DNA from: a virus
Lineage: Duplodnaviria > Caudoviricetes
IMG/VR virus record: IMGVR_UViG_3300036790_000516
Span: 1 to 54,787 of that record
Reading direction: 5' to 3' (one strand)
DNA: 54,787 bases
Shown piece by piece: positions 35,140-42,023 of this stretch. The translations under genes and the position numbers were made by a program. Positions within the stretch are counted from its first letter, which is position 1. Each line of letters opens with the position of its first letter. The notes beneath the pieces are model-generated. The model ran no database searches and was not told where the DNA came from. It saw nothing but the letters and a program-made list of their open reading frames with translations.

Positions 35140-35490
35140 TCACGGCGTCACCGCCGTCCTCGTCATCACCATCGGCTTCAGGAATCCCGTCAAGGCGCGG
35201 GCGTCGTAGCGGATCGTCACCGACTTCATCGCGGCGTCCGTCGTGACCTCCATCGCCGACGGGTCCAGCAGCAGCCCAGCCGCCACCGTCTTCGCCCATG
35301 CGGACGGATTGCAGGCGGGCACGGCTTGCGCCTGGCAGACCGCTGCTTGCGTGGCCACGTAGGACAGCGTGACCGCCTGCTGCTCGAACCACAACAGGTC
35401 GGCGCCGGCCAGCAGCAGGAACAGCAGGACGGGGAGGGTGAGGGCGAACTCGAGCAGGACCGCGCCGCGCTGGCGGCGTTGGCGTCTCAT
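35140..35490 (-). CDS. TadE/TadG-like pseudopilin
   Basis: Basic leader, G/AVLLEFALTLPVLLFLLLAG (Gly-1, Glu+5, EFA..LP consensus). Confidence 0.85.
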   Translation of the reverse strand: MRRQRRQRGAVLLEFALTLPVLLFLLLAGADLLWFEQQAVTLSYVATQAAVCQAQAVPACNPSAWAKTVAAGLLLDPSAMEVTTDAAMKSVTIRYDARALTGFLKPMVMTRTAVTP

Positions 35491-35975
35491 ACGCCCCTCC
35501 CCTCGGCACGAGTGATGGCCGCTTCAGCTTCCTTGATAGTTTTAACGAAGGCCACCATCCGTTGTAGATAGTCCAGCTGGCTGTCCCCCATTGTGTTGCT
35601 TATCAGCTCGTAACGCCCGATTAGGCCGTAGAGCCCCTTGAGCGCCGTTAGCAGCTCCGTTGTCACGTCGTCTCGGTCGCCCCATAGATCCCCCCTCCGC
35701 TGCGGTGGTTTATCGTCGTCCACCTCCGGCCCCGCGATGTCAGGGACCTCCCCGACGGGTTCCGCTGTCTCGGCCGTTACCGGCTGTTCCGGGGGCGCGG
35801 AAAGTATCTCGGGATAGCCGGGGACCGTCACCGCGCGAATGACGATTTCGCTTCCCTGGCGCCAGTCCCGCACGTATTTGGTCCCGTGCAGCGACCGCGC
35901 GACTTGCTGCTCCACTTGGGAGCGCGGGCCGACGAATTCGTAGATCCGCAGCACGCGAACGATATCCTCGCTCAT
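35487..35975 (-). CDS. Hypothetical, apparently chimeric protein
   Basis: GGAGG SD; C-half ELLTALK...AEAAITRAEG resembles common phage early proteins. Confidence 0.6.
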   Translation of the reverse strand: MSEDIVRVLRIYEFVGPRSQVEQQVARSLHGTKYVRDWRQGSEIVIRAVTVPGYPEILSAPPEQPVTAETAEPVGEVPDIAGPEVDDDKPPQRRGDLWGDRDDVTTELLTALKGLYGLIGRYELISNTMGDSQLDYLQRMVAFVKTIKEAEAAITRAEGRGV

Positions 35976-35991
35976 AGATCCCCCCTCCGCT
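35683..35991. repeat. 19-bp direct repeat CATAGATCCCCCCTCCGCT (SD+ATG on the minus strand)
   Basis: Copies at 35683-35701 and 35973-35991. Confidence 0.85.
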
Positions 35992-36076
35992 TGCGCCCCA
36001 CGATCCACATGCACAGGGCGGTCACCAGGCCGCCGATCCACAGGTACGTCGCGGGCGTCATCGTCATGACGTTCAT
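35972..36076 (-). CDS. 34-aa membrane peptide
   Basis: MNVMTMTPATYLWIGGLVTALCMWIVGRKRRGDL*, coupled at both ends. Confidence 0.55.
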   Translation of the reverse strand: MNVMTMTPATYLWIGGLVTALCMWIVGRKRRGDL

Positions 36077-36321
36077 AAGTCCACCCCCTCAAATAGCGCG
36101 TCGAAACAGTTGCCGCAGGTCCCGGAGATCAACAGTTCCCGTTCGTCGGCGGACAGCGACGGGATGGCCCTTTGGATGGTCTGACCACTCGTCCACGCAA
36201 GCCATTGCTTCTCGGGGATGGAGAATCGGAAGGGAGCCTTGCAGCTATCGCAAGTAGCGTCCACAATGACCACCGGCTCCCCGTTGCGCATCGTATCGGC
36301 CACGGCGCGATACATCACCAT
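36073..36321 (-). CDS. Zinc-ribbon protein
   Basis: CDSC...RELLISGTCGNC. Confidence 0.65.
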   Translation of the reverse strand: MVMYRAVADTMRNGEPVVIVDATCDSCKAPFRFSIPEKQWLAWTSGQTIQRAIPSLSADERELLISGTCGNCFDALFEGVDL

Positions 36322-36650
36322 TTCTCTTCGTCGTTGACCTTCGCCACGGCCTTATCGACACGCGTTTTGAGGTCGCTGAACGCCCGACTCGGCGCCTCCT
36401 CTTGAGCCTGGCGCGAATGGTAGGCGTCGAGTTGCGCCTGCATCACTCGCGCTGCGCCAGTCGTCGTAAACTCGACGTTGAGCACGTCCCCCAGCGCGAT
36501 GCCGACGATGGACATCTCGTCCTCGTCGATCCGCACCGTTTGCATCATGGCCACCTTGAAGGCGTCCCGCTCGTCGGGCGGGCCGAATCGCAGCGTCACC
36601 GACCGCTTGCCGTCCGGCGCGAGGGCCAGTCCTACCACTTTGGCTTGCAT
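36315..36650 (-). CDS. Hypothetical protein
   Basis: GGAGG SD; TAATG coupling. Confidence 0.6.
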   Translation of the reverse strand: MQAKVVGLALAPDGKRSVTLRFGPPDERDAFKVAMMQTVRIDEDEMSIVGIALGDVLNVEFTTTGAARVMQAQLDAYHSRQAQEEAPSRAFSDLKTRVDKAVAKVNDEEKW

Positions 36651-36922
36651 TAGCGTCCCTCCGCGCGGACGATGGCCGCCCCTTGAATGAGTTTCGGAAA
36701 GCTTTCCCATGAGATTGTGCGGAAGTCTTTCAGCGTCATAGGCCCGTCGCTACCATAAAACTTCCCGTTCCATTCGACAAAGGCGTCGTATCTTGGCCGT
36801 CCAGTTTCCGGGCAATGGTCGCAGGCCTCGCCAACCATCCAACCAATCGGCGCATAGATTGGAGGCAATACGTCCAACATTTCGTAAAAGCGCTCCTCTG
36901 TCACTTCGATAAAGGTTGTCAT
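36650..36922 (-). CDS. DUF1419-like protein
   Basis: EVTEERFYEMLDVLPP...GE; GGGAGG SD. Confidence 0.6.
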   Translation of the reverse strand: MTTFIEVTEERFYEMLDVLPPIYAPIGWMVGEACDHCPETGRPRYDAFVEWNGKFYGSDGPMTLKDFRTISWESFPKLIQGAAIVRAEGR

Positions 36923-37150
36923 TTCGTCGATCCTCCCGTCGCGTCTTCGATTGGCTCCCCCACCGTCCCAATACCCCCCGGAACGCGTTGAGAGCCTGTT
37001 TGCCGCGTTCCAGCCGTCCAGTTGGACCATCCCCACCTTGAAAGCCGTCCAGCGGCGTCCGGGCGTCCTGCGCCCGAAAACGCCGCCGTCGGCCCCATCG
37101 CCCGCCCCCGGCAACTGGAGGGTAAACGCGGGGGCGGGGAGCTTGTCGTG

Positions 37151-37384
37151 TTAATCGGCCGCGTCCACCACCCCCACCGACAATTCGGCCAGCAATCCCG
37201 CCCTAGCCTGTCCGGTCAACGGCCGGCCGTTGTCGCGGTACAGCTTGCCTCCGCGATGATGACGGTCAAGGTGTTCCGCGTACGCTCGCCACCGGACCGA
37301 GGCACCGCAGAAGGAGCAGCACGTTGTCTTGCCATCGGGATGCGTACTCCCACAGGCATTGCAAAAGTAATCTCGCGGCGCCAT
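37151..37384 (-). CDS. Small zinc-ribbon protein
   Basis: CNAC...CSFCG. Confidence 0.55.
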   Translation of the reverse strand: MAPRDYFCNACGSTHPDGKTTCCSFCGASVRWRAYAEHLDRHHRGGKLYRDNGRPLTGQARAGLLAELSVGVVDAAD

Positions 37385-37445
37385 CTCCCATTCCCTCCCG
37401 TTGCGGCGGTTGGGCGCCCGCCGTTGCGCCCCTTCCCATCGCCGG

Positions 37446-37643
37446 CTACCTCCCGCAGCTGATAATCAGCGCGTCCAGCCCGTTCAGCTTGGGATAGGTC
37501 GTCGGGTCGGCGCCGTTCTCGCAGCTGACCGCCACCTCGCTGATGCTCAGCCGCGACACCTTGTACAAGGCCTTCGCCGTCGTTGCCTTCGCCAGCATCG
37601 CCACGACCAGTACGGTTAACGCCACCGCCGCCAGAATACGCAT
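37446..37643 (-). CDS. Small secreted/membrane-anchored protein with Cys pair
   Basis: GGAGG SD; MRILAAVALTVLVVAMLAKA. Confidence 0.6.
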   Translation of the reverse strand: MRILAAVALTVLVVAMLAKATTAKALYKVSRLSISEVAVSCENGADPTTYPKLNGLDALIISCGR

Positions 37644-37697
37644 GTTCGCCGCCCTCCAGTTGGAACGCTCGATACGCTCCGTTGTCCTACGCTCGCC

Positions 37698-37726
37698 ACC
37701 TTAATCGTATTCGCTACGGATGTCAA
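37698..37726 (-). promoter_or_regulatory. sigma70-like promoter, leftward
   Basis: TTGACA-17-TAAGGT. Confidence 0.6.
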
Positions 37727-37892
37727 GCGGAATCGTCAACGCCAACGAAAATCGGTACTCGTAGTACGACGCTCGCAGCACGACGGCGACGACGCTGGGA
37801 CGCTGGCCGGAGCGCCCGCGAACCTTTCGCCACGCCATCGCCGACCGGGACGCCACGGCGCATCCTTATCGCCATCGCACGCGAATCGCCGA

Positions 37893-37922
37893 TTGACGCG
37901 CTGAATGCGGCCATAGTAGCGT
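37893..37922 (+). promoter_or_regulatory. sigma70-like promoter for a leaderless HTH gene
   Basis: TTGACG-18-TAGCGT, GTG 7 nt downstream. Confidence 0.5.
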
Positions 37923-37929
37923 TTGGCCC

Positions 37930-38250
37930 GTGAACGATCAGGTCACGCCCGTTGAACGTGAAGACTCGAATCGACGCAGGAGGATTCGCTGGCGCAAACG
38001 AACGCGACGCGGACCTGCGTCTCCTGCGGCGCTAGAACGATTGAAAAGCGGCGCGTCTCTTGCCGAAGTCGCGCGTCACGCGCACGCTACGCATCGCGCC
38101 GTGAGTAATTTGTTGACCGGGAAGACGCCGAAGCGCGAGCCGCTCGTCGTCACCGTCGCGCGCGTCCTGCGGGTGAGCGTACCGCGATTGCAGCGAACGA
38201 TAGCGCTGTTCGCGCGGCCGTCGGCGACATCGTCAACGCCTGAACGATAA
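37930..38250 (+). CDS. XRE-type helix-turn-helix regulator
   Basis: SLAEVARHAHATHRAVSNLLTG...VARVLRVS; oriented opposite to its neighbours. Confidence 0.7.
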   Translation: MNDQVTPVEREDSNRRRRIRWRKRTRRGPASPAALERLKSGASLAEVARHAHATHRAVSNLLTGKTPKREPLVVTVARVLRVSVPRLQRTIALFARPSATSSTPER

Positions 38251-38560
38251 CGTTGGCGATGGCGCCAATCGCCGTCAATCGCCGTCCCTGGGAGTAATCA
38301 CCGTAGTCATCATCGCAACGTCGTTAACGTGTTGCTGACGCCGTTGTCGCCGCCGTGGGCGCTGCCGTCGTCGCGGGCGCCCACGCCCACGCCTGCCAGC
38401 GCGTCGTCGTCGCCATCGTCAACGCCATCGCCATCGTCCCGCGCGCCGGCGCCGTCCAGGGGCCCCAATCGCGCGATCGCCAAGCCCCCGCCGCGCGGAG
38501 GGTAGAGGGGACGCGCGGGCGAAAACACCCCTCCGTCGATACCATCTCCCATGCCTCCAC

Positions 38561-38941
38561 CTAAGCCGCTTCGGTTGGCGGGTCCTGCGTCGTGGGAGGC
38601 GGCGTGGGAGGCGGCGGTTCGGGCGGCGGCGATTGCGCTTCGTCCTCGGCGATCATCCCGCCGAGCAGCATGAGATAGGTGATGGCGTCCACGATCCGCC
38701 CGAAAACAGGCTCGCTTGAGTAGGTCTGGCCGTTCTGAACGTAGGACTCTATCGCGTCGAGATGTTTGGTGAGATAGACGAGCAGGACCTTGTTGCGCGG
38801 GAGGTTCAGGCGCGCGGCAAGTCGATTGAAGTTGTCGAAGCGGTTGGCGGTCTGCGAATATTCCTTCCCCTTGGTCTCGCTCATGCGCCGGACCTGCGTC
38901 ACGATTCGCTCGGCGATCCTGTCGAACTCGTCGAAGGTCAT
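38561..38941 (-). CDS. MazG-like all-alpha nucleotide-modification-associated protein (DUF1599/Nmad-like)
   Basis: KGKEYS...FDNF...YLTKH.DAI...RIVDAITYL.LL. Confidence 0.65.
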   Translation of the reverse strand: MTFDEFDRIAERIVTQVRRMSETKGKEYSQTANRFDNFNRLAARLNLPRNKVLLVYLTKHLDAIESYVQNGQTYSSEPVFGRIVDAITYLMLLGGMIAEDEAQSPPPEPPPPTPPPTTQDPPTEAA

Positions 38942-39147
38942 TGAACGATCGACGACTTCGGCTTCGCGAGGTGGGCGTTGATCTCGGCGAGCTGGGCGGC
39001 GATCTCCCAGTTGGCCTGGAGGGTGTGCATGGCGATCGTCACCATGAGCTGGTTGGGGTCGGCGTCCTTGGGGTCGGCGCTGCCCGACTGCTTTGCCAGC
39101 CCGGTGATCATGGCGTTGAATACGTTGCGGCATTCCTTGGCGGTCAT
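38938..39147 (-). CDS. Hypothetical protein (69 aa)
   Basis: ATGA coupling; EIAAQLAEIN motif. Confidence 0.6.
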   Translation of the reverse strand: MTAKECRNVFNAMITGLAKQSGSADPKDADPNQLMVTIAMHTLQANWEIAAQLAEINAHLAKPKSSIVQ

Positions 39148-39560
39148 CGACTCGTCCTCTGCGATCGCAAGGACAGCTCGACGGCCTGCGTCAACGCAGT
39201 CATCGCGGCGTCCAAGGTCACATTCTTGCCCAGCTTGCAGTCGGTAACCTTGTCGGTCGTCCAGTCCCAGTCGGAGCCCTTGACTTTGCTGGCATGGTCG
39301 ACGCAAGACAGCAGCAGCGTTCCCGCATCGTCTTCGATCTTTAGGTCCCCGGTGCCATCGTTGTAGGTGACAGTTAGCAAGGGCGAGGCGGGGGTGGAGA
39401 ACTGTAATGGCCCGTCGATGGTCGCCGTCGTGCAATCGGAGCCAACGCAGGAGGCCTTTTGTATCGGCGAAGTGGGCGGCGTCTTGTCCTGTGACAGCTC
39501 TTGTCGCGCCCACACCGCCAGCGCCGCGAACATCATCGCCGCAATTATCGTTGTCTTCAT
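39144..39560 (-). CDS. Secreted Cys-containing protein
   Basis: Signal MKTTIIAAMMFAALAVWA; four Cys. Confidence 0.65.
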   Translation of the reverse strand: MKTTIIAAMMFAALAVWARQELSQDKTPPTSPIQKASCVGSDCTTATIDGPLQFSTPASPLLTVTYNDGTGDLKIEDDAGTLLLSCVDHASKVKGSDWDWTTDKVTDCKLGKNVTLDAAMTALTQAVELSLRSQRTSR

Positions 39561-39570
39561 CGTCGGTCTC

Positions 39571-39750
39571 CTAGCAGGCCCATAGCGAGCATACGGCGTT
39601 GTAGATCAACTGGCGCATGCGCTTGGCCCTCTTGTGAATTCCACAATGCCCCCAAGTGGACGGCTTGTACCGGTCAAGTTCCGCCCCGCAGGTGCAATGC
39701 TCTCGTTCGATTTCGTCAACCAGGGCCTCCATCTCCTCGCGAACGGTCAT
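39571..39750 (-). CDS. Small Cys/His protein
   Basis: CTC...CGIH. Confidence 0.5.
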   Translation of the reverse strand: MTVREEMEALVDEIEREHCTCGAELDRYKPSTWGHCGIHKRAKRMRQLIYNAVCSLWAC

Positions 39751-39922
39751 CGTTCCTGCCCTCCCGTCGTCTGTCGTCGTCCCAGCCGCCCGAGCGGTGC
39801 CCCGCATCTCCCGCAGATCGCCACCGGCTTCCCGTCGTATCTCCCCAGGCGAAAGCGGTGCGCGAGGCCGGCGGGGGTGCCGTCAACGCAACAATCGCCG
39901 CGGGGGGCGTGCTTGGGGGCGC

Positions 39923-40144
39923 TCACTTGCGCCGCCCTTTCGCGATGCGCCCGGCGAATCGCTTCCCCCACCTCGCCTCGTTGGCCTTCTCGACGTTGAC
40001 CAGCGCGGCGTCCATCTTGGCCTTGGACTTGGACCGGCCGCCCTTGCGCCCCAGCTCCTTGAGGTAGAGGCGCAGGCGCTCGTCGATCCCGGCGCCGGTC
40101 GGCGGCTTGGTCGCTTTCGTCGTTTTCGCCGCCGCGTCGGCCAT
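39923..40144 (-). CDS. Small basic KGG-motif protein
   Basis: YLKELGRKGGRSKSKAK..AA..N. Confidence 0.6.
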   Translation of the reverse strand: MADAAAKTTKATKPPTGAGIDERLRLYLKELGRKGGRSKSKAKMDAALVNVEKANEARWGKRFAGRIAKGRRK

Positions 40145-40154
40145 CGCGCCCGCG

Positions 40155-40216
40155 ACCCTACCACGCCGAAGCCGCTTCCGTCAACGGTTGACAAGCGGCT
40201 TCGCTGGCGTTATCGT
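40155..40216. promoter_or_regulatory. Palindromic back-to-back promoters at the main strand switch
   Basis: Minus: TTGACG-18-TAGGGT. Plus: TTGACA-17-TATCGT. Inverted repeat spans 40167-40203. Confidence 0.7.
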
Positions 40217-40223
40217 CGCCGCC

Positions 40224-40598
40224 GTGATCGCCCCCTCCGCCATCGCCGCGCTGCCGACGCTGGACGACTGGACCTTGCTCCCGTTGCCTCTTACCGCCGC
40301 CGACCTGCGCCGGCGCGAACTCTCCGGCATCAAGTTCCGGCGCGCCCATGTGCGCTACCTGTTGTTCGACCACGGCGCCGGGCGCCTCGGCAACCTCTCC
40401 CGCCCCGACGCCTCCCTGGTCCGCGCCGCCCAGCGCGCCGATTACGCCCGCTACCGCTCCCGCTGCGCGGTCGAAGCGCGCCCGCCGCTCGGCTACCTCC
40501 CCTACCTGTTCCGCTGGCGGGCGTGGCAGAAGCGCGTCTGGCTGACGCACGATCTGAAGACGCGGGCGCGATCCCGGCTGGGGATGGAGGCGGCCTAG
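40224..40598 (+). CDS. Hypothetical protein (probably leaderless)
   Basis: GTG 7 nt after the -10 box; high GC3. Confidence 0.55.
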   Translation: MIAPSAIAALPTLDDWTLLPLPLTAADLRRRELSGIKFRRAHVRYLLFDHGAGRLGNLSRPDASLVRAAQRADYARYRSRCAVEARPPLGYLPYLFRWRAWQKRVWLTHDLKTRARSRLGMEAA

Positions 40599-40600
40599 CG

Positions 40601-40840
40601 ATGGAATTCCCCCCGTGCGCGAACTTCAAGGCCAAACGTGAATGCGGCCGCTCCGCCCTGGTCCTCAGGAACGAGGGGCCGGACCACTGGACGTTCTATT
40701 GCGAGACCTGCCGGTTGATCCAGGTGGTGTCGAAGCCGACGGCCATCGTACGATCGCGCCTGCGGTCGCAGGAGGAAGCGGTGCGCAAGCGGGTGGAGGA
40801 ACGGCGGCGGCGCGAGAGGCGTCCCGTCTATTTCACATGA
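40601..40840 (+). CDS. Zinc-ribbon protein
   Basis: GGAGG SD; C..C and CETC, basic tail. Confidence 0.6.
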   Translation: MEFPPCANFKAKRECGRSALVLRNEGPDHWTFYCETCRLIQVVSKPTAIVRSRLRSQEEAVRKRVEERRRRERRPVYFT

Positions 40841-41235
40841 GCGATCCGCGACAGCCATCGTCGCCCGCGCCGCCGCCGCAACGCGCCCGCCGTCCCGCGC
40901 TCAAGTACAACCACGATCTGGCCGCCCGCTTCGGCATCGACCCCGAGGCCCCGACCGAGCGCGAAACCGTCGGCGGCGACCTGGCCTCCCTCCCCGACCC
41001 TCCCGGCATGGGCCTCCCGGCGTCGACCCAAGCGGCTTCGGCGGGGCCTGCGACCCCCGTCCGCGTGACCGAGGACGCCATCGTCCACGTGATCATCGAG
41101 GAGATGGACGAACTCGCCGCCCGCCTCTCCGTCTACGGCATCGACTTCCCGACCGCCGCACGCCAGCAGATGGTCGACACGGCGATGGCCCTGCTGGCGG
41201 GCGTGCGGCCCGGCGGCGCGCTCAGCGGACGATGA
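40837..41235 (+). CDS. Hypothetical protein
   Basis: ATGA coupling; high GC3. Confidence 0.6.
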   Translation: MSDPRQPSSPAPPPQRARRPALKYNHDLAARFGIDPEAPTERETVGGDLASLPDPPGMGLPASTQAASAGPATPVRVTEDAIVHVIIEEMDELAARLSVYGIDFPTAARQQMVDTAMALLAGVRPGGALSGR

Positions 41236-41250
41236 CGTTATAACGTTATA

Positions 41251-41439
41251 ATGGATAAAGAATTCAAGGATGCGGTCGACCGTGGCGACTTCGGTGCGGC
41301 TCTTAAGCGCAACGACGAGATCAACCGGCAGGTGGATCGAACCGTGCTTAAGAGGTACATCCCGATTATCCTGATCTATGTGGGCGTTTGGGCGGTCGTT
41401 CTCTGGACCGTTGTCCACTTCGTGCGAAAGTATTGGTGA
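41251..41439 (+). CDS. Small membrane protein
   Basis: C-terminal TM segment IPIILIYVGVWAVVLWTVV. Confidence 0.6.
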   Translation: MDKEFKDAVDRGDFGAALKRNDEINRQVDRTVLKRYIPIILIYVGVWAVVLWTVVHFVRKYW

Positions 41440-41458
41440 TTGCCAAAGGGAGACTCCC

Positions 41459-41941
41459 ATGACCACGACCAAAGCCGCTTCGGACGCGATTGATCCAGAC
41501 GTCCCGCCCGCCGCCGCCGAATCCATCATCGCCGACAACAAAGAGAAACGCTCCCGCAGCGACTCGGCCCGCGCCGCCGTCGAAGCCCGCTGGACCGCAG
41601 TGCGCGAGGCCCGCGAGCAATGGATCGCCCCGTTCACCTCCCTCGACATCGAGCGCTCCCTCCAGTACCTCGAAGACCTCCGCCGCATCGCCGAGGACGG
41701 CGCGCGCATCATCGAAACGCGCATGAACGGCGACAAGCACATCCGCTGCGAATGGCGCAAGTGCAGGAAGCCGGTCGCCGGACTGCGTCCCAACGGGACT
41801 CCCTTGTGGGTCTCCTCGTTCCCGGTGCGCGACGTCAAGGACACGAACATCCAGCGGCGGATCTACTTTTGCTCGGAATTGTGCTACCAGACATGGGTCC
41901 GGGAGGGGAGCGGGGCGCGAGGGAGCGAGCCGAAAAAGTGA
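41459..41941 (+). CDS. Zinc-binding (TRASH-like) hypothetical protein
   Basis: GGGAG SD; CEWRKC...YFCSELC. Confidence 0.6.
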   Translation: MTTTKAASDAIDPDVPPAAAESIIADNKEKRSRSDSARAAVEARWTAVREAREQWIAPFTSLDIERSLQYLEDLRRIAEDGARIIETRMNGDKHIRCEWRKCRKPVAGLRPNGTPLWVSSFPVRDVKDTNIQRRIYFCSELCYQTWVREGSGARGSEPKK

Positions 41942-42023
41942 GCGGCCGATACTCCTCGCACGACGATCCGCGCCACCTGCGCCTGCTGGAATCTTCGCGT
42001 GCGCGGCTGCGCCGGAGTCCTCA

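Noticed and set aside
38250-38560. CGCCATCG/CGCCGTCG-rich tract as a repeat array or gene
   Set aside because: Irregular low-complexity sequence with no fixed period; the overlapping ORFs are unconvincing.
39656-40600. 394-aa plus-strand ORF 39656-40840
   Set aside because: Only the last 79 codons (from ATG 40601, with SD) look coding; the rest overlaps other genes and the divergent promoter.
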